Positions 1-9,800 of a stretch of DNA of 64,000 bases are shown here, one piece after another. The notes beneath the pieces were generated by a model. The model was not told the DNA's origin, searched no databases, and saw only the letters and a list, made by a program, of their open reading frames with translations. Source of the stretch: Nautiliales bacterium (GTDB lineage Bacteria > Campylobacterota > Campylobacteria > Campylobacterales > JAADDX01); the NCBI GenBank assembly GCA_030826765.1, contig JAUUDM010000016.1:4070-68069 (forward strand), read 5' to 3'. The position numbers and the translations under genes were made by a program. Position 1 is the stretch's first letter. Each line of letters starts with the position of its first letter.

Positions 1-1947
1 ACCATTTCTTATGTTTATCTCTTTGTTTGTAGGTATGTTTTGTAAATTTGGGTCTTTACTTGAAAGTCTTCCAGTTGCTGTTCCTGTTTGTAAAAAGCTT
101 GTGTAAACTTTTCCATTTTGATTATGTACTTGAAGAGGTTTGATGTACGTTGATTGAAGTTTAAAAAGTTCTCTATATTCTAAAAGTTTATGAACAATAG
201 GATACTCTTTTAGTGAATTTAAAACCGCTTCATTTGTAGAATATCCAGTTTTTGTTTTTTTCTTAGCAGGAAGTCCAAGCTTTTCAAATAAAATAAAAGC
301 AAGTTGTTTAGTGGAATTAATATTAAATCTTTCTCCCGCTAATTCATAAATTTCATTTGTTAAATTTTCTAATTTTTTTTCAAGTTTTTTTTCTAATTCT
401 TTAAAATATTCTATATCAACTTTAATTCCTCTGTTTTCCATATTTATAAGTACATCAATAAAAGGAATTTCTATGGTTTTAAGTTCTTTTTCAATTTCTT
501 CACTCCACAACATAGGATAAAGTTTTTCATAAAGTTTTAAAGTAATATAAGCATCTTCGCTTGCATATTTACTTGCTTCTTCTAAAGAAACATTTGAAAA
601 ATTCTCACCTTTTTTTACTGTATCTTTGAAATGAATCATTTCGTGATTTAAATATTTTTTACTTAAAGTATCAAGTCCTACTTTTTGATCTGGATCTAAA
701 ATCCACGCTAAAAGCATTGTATCCATAAAAGGAGTGATTTTTTCAATTCCATATTTATAAACTAAATTCAAATCAAATTTAAGATTATGTCCTACTATTT
801 TTTTTGTAAATAACTTTTTAATCGATTTTAATGCAATATCTTGTGATATTTGTTTTTCTACTCCTAAATAAAAATGATTAATTGGCACATAAAAGGCTTT
901 TTCACCAAAAGCAAAACTAAATCCTACTATTTTTTTATTTCTATCAAGGGAATCTGTTTCTGTATCAAAAGCTACAATTTCATCATCCTTTATAGAATCA
1001 ATAATAGAAAATAGTTTTTTTTCATCAAGAATCAATTCACTTGGAATTTCTATTTTTTCACTTTTAGGCATAGTTGTTGGAATTATCATACCTTCTTTTT
1101 GAACTCTTTCGATGATTTTATGCATATCTAAATCTATAAGTTTATCAGCTACTTTAATTATAGGATTAACTTCTGGGAATTTAAACTCTTCTAAATTTAT
1201 ATTTTTAAATAAATCATTTTTTAGTGTTACAAGCTTTCTACTTAAGAAGGCATTATCTTTTCCTTCAAGTAGTTTCTTTTTCATAGCACCTTTTATTTCG
1301 TCAATATGATCATAAAGATTTTCTAATGTATGATATTTATTTATAAGTTTAGCTGCAGTTTTGATTCCTACACCTTTTACACCGGGTACATTATCACTGC
1401 TATCTCCAAGAAGTGCTTGAAAATTTATAAAATCTTTTGGATGAACTCCAAATTTTTTGTATGCTTCTTCTTCATTTATAAATAATTTTTTGCGTGGATC
1501 AAAAATAACAACTTTATCATCATCAATTAATTGATACATATCTTTATCGTGTGAAACTATGATTACTTTTATACCATTTTGTTTAGCAATATTTGCAATA
1601 GAAGCTATGATATCATCACTTTCATAACCATCTATTTCTATTGATTTAAAGCCCATTTCTTTAATTAGTTCTAATGCAATGGGCAGTTGAGTTTTTAAAT
1701 CTTGGGGTGCTTCTGGGCGGTTTGCTTTATACTCTGGGTATATATTGTTTCTAAAAGATTTTCCTTTGGAATCTACGGAAAATAGGATATAATTTGTTTT
1801 ATAATCTCTTCCTAAATTAGAGATAAAATTCATAAAACCAGTTATCATACCTGTTGGGGTACCATTTTTAGCCTTTAAATAGGGTAAGGCATAATAGTTA
1901 CTAAATAAAAATCCAAAAGTATCGATAATAGTTAAAATTTTAGACAT
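1..1947 (-). CDS. polA: DNA polymerase I, first ~649 codons (5'-nuclease domain through the start of the polymerase domain); the 3' end of the gene lies beyond the window start
   Basis: Absent from the ORF track because it runs off the left edge. Reverse translation from the ATG at 1947-1945 gives MSKILTIIDTFGFLFSNYYALPYLKAKNG... (5'-nuclease N-terminus). Codons at 1-120 give QNGKVYTSFLQTGTATGRLSSKDPNLQNIP (family A polymerase motif). No stop-bounded minus-strand ORFs are listed in between, which fits one continuous frame. Confidence 0.9.
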   Translation of the reverse strand, partial: MSKILTIIDTFGFLFSNYYALPYLKAKNGTPTGMITGFMNFISNLGRDYKTNYILFSVDSKGKSFRNNIYPEYKANRPEAPQDLKTQLPIALELIKEMGFKSIEIDGYESDDIIASIANIAKQNGIKVIIVSHDKDMYQLIDDDKVVIFDPRKKLFINEEEAYKKFGVHPKDFINFQALLGDSSDNVPGVKGVGIKTAAKLINKYHTLENLYDHIDEIKGAMKKKLLEGKDNAFLSRKLVTLKNDLFKNINLEEFKFPEVNPIIKVADKLIDLDMHKIIERVQKEGMIIPTTMPKSEKIEIPSELILDEKKLFSIIDSIKDDEIVAFDTETDSLDRNKKIVGFSFAFGEKAFYVPINHFYLGVEKQISQDIALKSIKKLFTKKIVGHNLKFDLNLVYKYGIEKITPFMDTMLLAWILDPDQKVGLDTLSKKYLNHEMIHFKDTVKKGENFSNVSLEEASKYASEDAYITLKLYEKLYPMLWSEEIEKELKTIEIPFIDVLINMENRGIKVDIEYFKELEKKLEKKLENLTNEIYELAGERFNINSTKQLAFILFEKLGLPAKKKTKTGYSTNEAVLNSLKEYPIVHKLLEYRELFKLQSTYIKPLQVHNQNGKVYTSFLQTGTATGRLSSKDPNLQNIPTNKEINIRNG

Positions 1948-1990
1948 AAAAAAACCTTTTTTATAAGATTATATCAAAGCAAGGAAAAGA

Positions 1991-4117
1991 ATGCAACCAT
2001 TAAAGATTTTTAATATTAAAAGAGCAATTAGTAAAGTTAAATATACTAGTGAAGGCCGTTTGGTAGTAATTGATGAAGAAAATACAATTAGGATATTTGA
2101 CTTAAATGAAATGAAGCTTGATGGGGGATTTAAGATAAAATTACCTAAAAATAGAATATTTGCAAATAGTGTTGATATTAGTCAAGATGGTGAACATTTA
2201 ATATTTACAGTTCCTAAAACCAATAAAGCAGTGTTATGGAAAACAAGTACAAAAAAACCAAGTGCAAATCTTGGATGGCATAAAGGTGAGATTGAATCTG
2301 TTGCTTTTGATATACAAAATAAATATGTAGCAACTGGTGGAACAGATGGAAGAGCATATATTTGGAATATAAAAACAGGTAAAATGGTTGGAAGTTTAGC
2401 CCCACATGCTGATTATGTAACAGCTATAGCTTTTAGTAAAAATGGTTATTGGTGTGCTACTGGAAGTTATGATAAGGCTATTTCTATTACAAATATTTCT
2501 TCTATGCAATTTGCTTATAAAATAAGAGCTCATTCCACTATGGTTACTAAAATTAAATTTTTAAATAATTTTAAAATGGTAAGTGGAGATAAAGAAGGAA
2601 ATATAATTGTAAGTGATTATTCTAAAGGTAGAGTATTAAAAAGAGTTCCAAAGCTTCCTGATATAGCGTTAGATTTCACATTTAATACAGATGAAAAATA
2701 TATGTTTGCTACTACGAAAAATAAAAATATATTTTTATTTGATATGGAAAAGTATGATTTAATTACAGATAAATTTATAAATGTAACATCAACTATAACT
2801 TCTATTGATTTTGTACCTGAGATGATGTATTTAATTGTTGGGACAGTTGATGGAATTTTATATATTTATGATATTTTATCAGATGAAAAAAAGCTTAAAC
2901 ACTATATTGAAGAAAAAAAATATGCTGAGGCTTATGATTTGATAGAAGAAAATCCATTACTTAAGAATTCTACATTTTATTCTAGATTGGAACAAATTTG
3001 GGAAAATATAGTATCTAAAGCTCACACATTTTTAGAGCAAGGTCAAAAAGATGTAGCAAATCAAATTTTAAAACCGTTTATGTCTATTCCTTCAAAAAGA
3101 ATGTTTATTCAACAATTACTTAAAGATTTTGCCGAATTTGATAAATTTAAACTATTAGTTACTAAAAAGAAATATCCGCTTGCTTATTCACTTGCAAATA
3201 AATATTCCTCATTTAAAGATACAAAATATTATAAACATATGGAAAATGAATGGAAAAAAGCTTTTAATATGGCTAGACAACTTATTTTTGAAAAAAATAA
3301 AGAAGATTATGTAAAACAGTTATTGATGCCTTTTAGAGGAGTTTCCGAAAAAACTCCTCTTATACAATCTCTATTTAATGAAAAAGAGATTTACCAAATG
3401 TTAAAACAAAAATTATCGAAAAAAGATTTTAAAGGTTTTTTTGAACTAACAAATAGATTTCCATTTTTAGCAGATTTAGATGAATATAAAGAAGCTCTAA
3501 AATTTGGAGAGAAACTTTTAAAAGCTGCTAATAACTATATTCAAAGTGGGGATTATTCTAAGGTTTTACAATATGTAAATATGCTAAGAGATTTTCCTAT
3601 GTATCAAAAAGATGCTGAAGAAATTTTAAATAAAGCAAATGTTTTAGTGAATTTTATGAAGTATATGGCGAATAAAGAGTATGATAAAGTTTATGAATAT
3701 GTAAAAAAAGAGCCTTTTTTAGAAAATGTAGAAGATTTTAAACATTTAGAAGATGAATGGCAAAAAAGAGTAGAAATAGCTGAAGAGTATAGTGCAAAAG
3801 GTGATGTAACTCATATAATTGATATTTTAAAAAATTATATGAAAATAAAAGAAAAACTTCCTAAAATAGGAGAACTTATAAAAACTGCTTATTTATATCA
3901 AATATTAGAAAAATTAAAAAGTGAAAATTTAGATAATGAAACAGTTCAACAAGCTTTTAATAGGTATATTAAACTATTTGGGCTTGATCCTGAAATAGGT
4001 GATATAATAGAGTTTGCTAAGAAAGCAGGATATAAATTAGATTTTTCTAATATACAAGAAGGTGATAATTTTAGTTGGTGGTATGAAGGTAATTTACCAG
4101 CAAATATATTTGCTTGA
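1991..4117 (+). CDS. WD40 beta-propeller (N-terminal ~300 aa) fused to an all-helical TPR-like C-terminal region; function unknown
   Basis: 708-aa ORF. WD-type repeats include GWHKGEIESVAFDIQNKYVATGGTDGRAYIWNI and HADYVTAIAFSKNGYWCATGSYDKAISI. The C-terminal half is repetitive K/E/Y/A-rich helix. Divergent from polA across a 43-bp spacer. Confidence 0.7.
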   Translation: MQPLKIFNIKRAISKVKYTSEGRLVVIDEENTIRIFDLNEMKLDGGFKIKLPKNRIFANSVDISQDGEHLIFTVPKTNKAVLWKTSTKKPSANLGWHKGEIESVAFDIQNKYVATGGTDGRAYIWNIKTGKMVGSLAPHADYVTAIAFSKNGYWCATGSYDKAISITNISSMQFAYKIRAHSTMVTKIKFLNNFKMVSGDKEGNIIVSDYSKGRVLKRVPKLPDIALDFTFNTDEKYMFATTKNKNIFLFDMEKYDLITDKFINVTSTITSIDFVPEMMYLIVGTVDGILYIYDILSDEKKLKHYIEEKKYAEAYDLIEENPLLKNSTFYSRLEQIWENIVSKAHTFLEQGQKDVANQILKPFMSIPSKRMFIQQLLKDFAEFDKFKLLVTKKKYPLAYSLANKYSSFKDTKYYKHMENEWKKAFNMARQLIFEKNKEDYVKQLLMPFRGVSEKTPLIQSLFNEKEIYQMLKQKLSKKDFKGFFELTNRFPFLADLDEYKEALKFGEKLLKAANNYIQSGDYSKVLQYVNMLRDFPMYQKDAEEILNKANVLVNFMKYMANKEYDKVYEYVKKEPFLENVEDFKHLEDEWQKRVEIAEEYSAKGDVTHIIDILKNYMKIKEKLPKIGELIKTAYLYQILEKLKSENLDNETVQQAFNRYIKLFGLDPEIGDIIEFAKKAGYKLDFSNIQEGDNFSWWYEGNLPANIFA

Positions 4118-4142
4118 CAATGGAAAAAAATTATTATATAAT
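4114..4142 (+). promoter_or_regulatory. Sigma70-type promoter, exact TTGACA-N17-TATAAT
   Basis: TTGACA at 4114-4119 (overlaps the TGA stop of the WD40 gene), a 17-nt spacer, then TATAAT at 4137-4142. The predicted transcription start near 4149 lies just upstream of the leader RBS. Confidence 0.6.
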
Positions 4143-4165
4143 AATTCTTAAAAAAGGAGTAAATA

Positions 4166-4231
4166 ATGGCTAATCATAATAATAAACATTTCCCATTTTT
4201 AGCTTATTCACTCCTTCTCCTTTGCTTCTAA
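4166..4231 (+). CDS. Candidate leu leader peptide, 21 aa (MANHNNKHFPFLAYSLLLLCF)
   Basis: AAGGAG at 4154-4159 sits 6 nt before the ATG at 4166. Four consecutive Leu codons CTC CTT CTC CTT occupy 4211-4222. The stop is at 4229-4231, 64 nt upstream of the leuA ATG. Too short to appear in the ORF track. Confidence 0.45.
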   Translation: MANHNNKHFPFLAYSLLLLCF

Positions 4232-4295
4232 TAAATAAATTTTAATAAAATTAGATATAATCACACTATAAAAATGTAATTTAAGGATAAATAAA

Positions 4296-5849
4296 ATGAA
4301 TACAATTAAAATATTTGATACAACTTTAAGAGATGGAGAACAGAGTCCAGGTTGTTCGATGACTATTGATGAAAAAATAAAAGTAGCATCTCAACTTGAT
4401 AAATTGGGAGTTGATATTATTGAAGCTGGTTTTGCAGCAGCCTCTCCAGGGGATTTTGATGCAATTTCTAAAATAAGTGAAGTTGTGAAAAACTCAACTG
4501 TATGTTCATTAGCAAGAGCTTTGGATAATGATATAAAAAGAGCAGGAGAAGCAGTATCAAAAGCAAATCATAAAAGAATTCATACTTTTATAGCAACAAG
4601 TCCAATTCATATGGAATATAAATTAAAAATGAAGCCTGATGAGGTTATAAGAAGAGCTGTAAAAGCAGTAGAATATGCAAAAACATTTGTAGAAGATGTG
4701 GAGTTTAGTTGTGAAGATGCTGGAAGAAGTGAAATGCCATTTCTAAAAGAGATTATTTCAGCAGTTATTGAAGCAGGGGCTGGGACTATTAATATTCCTG
4801 ATACTGTTGGTTATACAATGCCTTGGGAATTTGGAGCTCAAATCAAAGAATTAGTTGATTTTGTAGAAAATAAAGCAATTATTTCAGTTCATTGTCATAA
4901 TGATTTAGGACTTGCTACAGCAAACTCTATTCAAGCTGTTAAAAATGGAGCAAGACAAGTAGAATGTACAATTAATGGAATAGGAGAAAGAGCAGGAAAT
5001 GCTGCACTTGAAGAAGTGGTAATGATAATGAAAACAAGAAAAGATATTTTTAGTGATGTTAAAACAAATATCAATACAAAAGAGATTTATAAAACAAGTC
5101 GCTTAATTACTTCAATTACAGGAATTGAACCGCAACCAAATAAAGCAATTGTTGGTAAAAATGCATTTGCTCACGAAAGTGGAATTCATCAAGATGGTGT
5201 ACTTAAACATAGAGATACTTATGAAATTATGAGTGCAGAGGATATTGGACTTGAAAAAAATAATTCAATTGTATTAGGAAAACATTCAGGAAGACACGCA
5301 TTTAATGATAAACTAAAAGAGCTTGGATATGAATTAAGTGAAGTTGAGTTAAATAAAGCATTTGAAAGATTTAAAATTTTAGCAGATAAGAAAAAAGAGA
5401 TTTTTGATGAAGATATTATTGCAATTATAAATGATGAAATGATAAATGATAATAAAATGTATGAATTAATTTCTCTTCAATTAAATGATTGTTCAAATGG
5501 GCTTGCAAGTGCGGCAGCGAGTGTGAAATTTGAAGACGAAATTTTAACTGACGCTGCTATTGGAGAAGGAACAATTGATGCGGTATTTAAAGTGATTGAC
5601 AGAATTACAGGTTATTCAGGAGAATTAATTAGTTATAAAGTTGATTCTGTTACCCAAGGTAAAGATGCCTTAGCAAAAGTTACTGTAAAAGTTATTTTTG
5701 ATGAAAGTAAGCCGGCGATTTTAGGACATGGATTAAATATAGATACAATGACAGCAAGTGCAAGAGCGTATTTAAATGCTTTAAATAGTTTTTTAGTATC
5801 AAAAGATTTGCTTACAAATTGTAAAGTTTCATATAAAGATAAAATATAA
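4296..5849 (+). CDS. leuA: 2-isopropylmalate synthase
   Basis: 517 aa. N-terminus [19 protein letters not shown], catalytic region [15 protein letters not shown], and a C-terminal LeuA dimerisation/regulatory domain. Confidence 0.95.
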   Translation: MNTIKIFDTTLRDGEQSPGCSMTIDEKIKVASQLDKLGVDIIEAGFAAASPGDFDAISKISEVVKNSTVCSLARALDNDIKRAGEAVSKANHKRIHTFIATSPIHMEYKLKMKPDEVIRRAVKAVEYAKTFVEDVEFSCEDAGRSEMPFLKEIISAVIEAGAGTINIPDTVGYTMPWEFGAQIKELVDFVENKAIISVHCHNDLGLATANSIQAVKNGARQVECTINGIGERAGNAALEEVVMIMKTRKDIFSDVKTNINTKEIYKTSRLITSITGIEPQPNKAIVGKNAFAHESGIHQDGVLKHRDTYEIMSAEDIGLEKNNSIVLGKHSGRHAFNDKLKELGYELSEVELNKAFERFKILADKKKEIFDEDIIAIINDEMINDNKMYELISLQLNDCSNGLASAAASVKFEDEILTDAAIGEGTIDAVFKVIDRITGYSGELISYKVDSVTQGKDALAKVTVKVIFDESKPAILGHGLNIDTMTASARAYLNALNSFLVSKDLLTNCKVSYKDKI

Positions 5850-6646
5850 TGCTTCCAGCAAAAACAAGAATGCTTCAAAAAGCAACTGTTTTTAATAAAC
5901 ATACAATTAATGAAAATTTTGAGAAAATGACAAAAGATAAGTCATTTATCTCAAAACTTCCTACAAAAAGAGAAAATCTGTTTTTTAGAAATTATAATGA
6001 TTATTTGATTTCACTTATGGATGATGAGGTTGAAGATTTTAGATATATGAGTATGCAAAAAGCTTTTAGCTCAAAATATATTCTTGAAGTTTTTAAAAAA
6101 GATTATGAATCACTGCCTGAAAGTAAAAAAGCAAGAAAAATTGTTGTTTTTGATACAGAAACTACTGATATTCTAGGTTATATTATTTCATATGCGATGG
6201 TTGAATATGATATGATAGAAAAAAAGATAACAAAAGAAATTCACGAATTTATAAACCCCGAGGCAAAAATAAATCCAGAAGCGTATGCTGTTCATAAAAT
6301 AAGTGCCGAAGATGTAAAAGATAAACCGACTTTTAGAGAAAAAAGAGATGAAATATTAGAAACATTAATGGGTGCAGATATGGTAGTTGGACATAATGTT
6401 TTGTTTGATTTTGGTATTTTAAAAAGAGAACTTGAAAGAGATAAATATCATACAAATTATATAGATGTTCCTATTTTTGATACTATGTATTTCGCGGCTG
6501 ATGTGGTTGAGCTTGAAAAAAAGAAAATGCCAAGACTCGAAGAGTGTGTGAATTACTTTTTTGGTCATCAAAATGCTGGATATCACGATGCTTTAGAAGA
6601 TGTAAAAATGACACTTAAAGTTTATGAAAAGTTAGTTTTTGGGTAA
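5849..6646 (+). CDS. DEDDh-family 3'-5' exonuclease (DnaQ/epsilon-like domain) with a ~95-aa N-terminal extension; start codon uncertain
   Basis: Exo motifs VVFDTETTD, VVGHNVLFDFGIL and GYHDALEDV. The ATG overlaps the leuA stop (TAATG). Confidence 0.8.
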   Translation: MLPAKTRMLQKATVFNKHTINENFEKMTKDKSFISKLPTKRENLFFRNYNDYLISLMDDEVEDFRYMSMQKAFSSKYILEVFKKDYESLPESKKARKIVVFDTETTDILGYIISYAMVEYDMIEKKITKEIHEFINPEAKINPEAYAVHKISAEDVKDKPTFREKRDEILETLMGADMVVGHNVLFDFGILKRELERDKYHTNYIDVPIFDTMYFAADVVELEKKKMPRLEECVNYFFGHQNAGYHDALEDVKMTLKVYEKLVFG

Positions 6647-6895
6647 GAATTTATTAAAAAGACAATACTTATACCAAAACTAATAAAAATAGTGTATAAT
6701 TTAATTGTGAGAAGGAACAAATTAAATCTATTGTCTTTTATCCTTATATTAAAAAGGCTTTTAGTGTAGAATAATTATATTGGAATGGGTATAAGTAATA
6801 AATTTTATTTATTAATTGAATATATATTTAATTTATGTGTTATAACTCTCCTATACAGTTTTAATATATAATCATCTGGTTAATAAGGTGTTGTT

Positions 6896-9800
6896 ATGAA
6901 TTTTAAGAAATTAAGTTTAAAGTATTTTATAATCTTTATTTTTGTGAATATATTTTTAGTTACTCTTAGCGGATTATTTTTATTTAATCATATATTTAAA
7001 GAAGATACAACCTTCTATGTTAATGAAAAAATAAAAACAGTTGATTTTATTATTCATAAAGAAGCTTCTTTATTAAAAAAATTATCTGTTGACTGGGGAG
7101 AATGGGATGATGCATATAATTTTGTAAATGATAAAAATAAAGAATTTATTAATAACAATTTTGGTGGTAATACTACTTTGATAGATCTTGGAATTAAAGA
7201 AATAATTTTTTTGGATAAAAATTTAAATCTTGTATATGGCAGGATTGTTGATAAAAATAAAGAAAAAGAGATAAAAAAACTGCCTCCTTTTGATTATTCA
7301 AAAAACGGCTTTAATATTTATTTTTTAAATCATAAACTTTATTTGGTTTATATACACGATATTACAAATACAAAAAAAAATAAAAAAAATGGAAAGATAG
7401 TTGTTTTTAAATATTTAAATAAAAAATGTTTTGAAAAAAACGGTTTTCAAATATTAAAAATAACCTGCAAACATTATAACACTCTTTATAAAATTAAAGA
7501 AAATTCGCTTATTATTTACTATCCATTAGATAAGGAAATCACATTAAAAATAGCTGTTGATTTTAGTAAAGTTGTACATTTAATAAATGAATTCTTTTTA
7601 CATTTCATTTTATTGATTATTATCACTTATATCATACTGTTTGTATTAGGAATATATTTTGTAAATAAAATTACCGAAGATATCGAATTTATATTTAATA
7701 TCCTATCAAAAGGTATTAAAGATTCAAAAGCATTGGAAGCTTTAAAAAATTATAAATTTAATATATCAGAGTTTGAGTTAATCAACACTCTTTTTGAAAA
7801 ACTTTATGAAAAACTTTATGATTTTGAGCAGATTTATAACATTTTAGATCAAGATGCCCCTTTTGGTGTTTTGATATACAATAAAAACATTTTATATGGA
7901 AATAAATTTTTTTTAAATCTGTTTAGTTTAAACAAAGAAGAGTTAAAAAATTTAGACCCTCTGGTATTTTTTAAAGATAAATCATTAAAAGAAAAAATTG
8001 CCGAAATTAACAGAAAAATATTAAACGGCGAAAAGATAATTTTCAAATATTCTACAGAAATTTTTTATAAAAATAAAAATATTTACGTTTTTATGGTCTC
8101 TTTTCCGGTAATTTATAACAATAACAAGGCTATAATGACATTTGCTATAGATTTGACTAAACAGATGGAATATCAGGAAATTATAAACAGAATTTTAAAT
8201 TCCATACCTGTTATTGTATTTGAACACAGTAAAAACGGTGAAAATAATATTACAATTTCTGAAAACATTGAAAAAATACTTGGGTTTAAAGTTAATGAAA
8301 TAGATGAAAACTGGTGGGTTTTGCATTTGCATCCAAAAGATAAAGAGAGGATTTTGAATGAACAAGACGAATTGAAAATCAAAGGAAAGTTAAATCATAT
8401 TTACAGACTAAGAAAAAAAGACGGTTCTTATATATGGGTTAATGAGTATGTTTTTTATAAAAAAGAAAATAAAGAAAAAATTTACGGTTTAGTAGAAGAT
8501 CTTACAGAAGAAGAAATTATTAAAAAGTTAAACGCTTCTTTATCTGAAATAAATCAGTTTTTAATTAAAGCCGGCAATAAAAAAAGTATTATAGATTATA
8601 TTTGCAAAAAAATGATTGAAAGCGAAGTTTTTAAATTTGCTTGGATTGGAAAAGTAAAAGATAATAAAGTTATACCGTTAAAACATTTTGGTGAAGGAAA
8701 AGAGTATTTAGATGATTTAGTGATTGAGATTAGTGATGGAGTTTTATCAAAAGGTCCTACGGGTGAAGTTTTATATAATTCTAATATTATAGGAATAAAT
8801 TCTAATACTTTTACTAACGAAAAAATTTCGCCGTGGAGGGAAAAACAGATAAAAAGCGGATTTTTTTCATCTATTGCTGTGAGGTTAATTGATGATTTAA
8901 CTATTAATTTATATTCTGAATTTACAGACTTTTATACTCAAGAAGTTTTGAATATTATTTCATCTATCAGGTCTTCTTTTATGATGGCGTGTGAAAAAAA
9001 CAAATATATTGAAAAACTTCAATATTTAACTTTTTATGATGAAATAACAAATCTTGGAAATTTAAATAAATTTAAAAAAGATTTTAATGAATATCATGAT
9101 AAATATATTTTATGTATGATAAATATAAAAGATTTTACTTCAATTAATTCTAATTTCGGTTTTGAGTTTGGAAATAAAGTATTAAAAAAAGTTGCGGAAG
9201 AGTTAAAAAAACATCTTAAAAAAGAGGATGAAGTTTATAGAATGTATGATGACAGGTTTTTACTTTTTTTTAAAACCGATATATGGAATTTTGACATCAT
9301 ACACAATCTAACGCAAAGAATTTCTGATATTTTTTCAGAAGAAGGCTTATTAATTGATAATAATACAATTTTTTTGGAAATAAACGGAAGCATAATTAGT
9401 TCAAAAGATATAGAAAAAGAAAAAGCTCTTGAGGGACTTATTTATGCTTATGTTTTTGTAAAAAAAGTTGTTAATAAATGTGTAATATATCAACCTTGGA
9501 TGTATGAAGAGGTAAAAGAGAGAATATATTTAAAAGAGCTTTTGTTTAGAGCAATAAGGGAGAAACTTTTTGATGTTTATTTTCAGCCTATTGTTGATAT
9601 TAATTCATATAAAGTGGTGCAGTTTGAGGCATTACTAAGATTAAAAGACAAAAATAAATTTGTAAATATGGAGAAGTTTATAAATATAGCAAATGAACTT
9701 CAGTTAGTCCCTGAAATTACAAAAATTGTAGTTGAAAAAGTTACAAAATATTTAAAAACATGTAAGAATGTCGTAGTATCTGTTAATATATCAAAAATTG

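Noticed and set aside
1112-1309. The 65-aa plus-strand ORF, together with the many similar 60-130-aa ORFs in the ORF track that lie antisense to or out of frame with large genes. Examples: 2214-2405, 5633-5902, 7849-8046, 8173-8382, 12230-12460, 12718-12984, 13491-13694, 14614-14892, 15062-15256, 18018-18215, 22676-22942, 26094-26309, 26740-27021, 27585-27779, 28740-28990, 32488-32838, 34386-34769, 38699-38890, 43190-43378, 45960-46190, 47809-47991, 51808-52011, 57978-58166, 60165-60350, 61245-61433 and 62745-62996.
   Set aside because: Each lies entirely within a longer ORF that has clear family motifs. Their compositions are low-complexity and F/L/I/S-rich, as expected for AT-rich shadow frames. 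None has a convincing RBS.
4256-4261. A TATAAT hexamer between the leader ORF and leuA, considered as the real leuA promoter.
   Set aside because: It has no TTG-type -35 box and no TG extension, unlike the perfect promoter at 4114-4142. I keep it only as the alternative hypothesis that would undermine the leader model.
6657-6739. An 11-bp inverted repeat, AAAAGACAATA ... TATTGTCTTTT, downstream of the exonuclease gene.
   Set aside because: The arms are separated by 61 nt and enclose a -10-like box. It is too long-looped for a terminator and occurs only once. I note it as possibly marking the extra segment present in repeat copy 1, but there is not enough evidence to call a feature.
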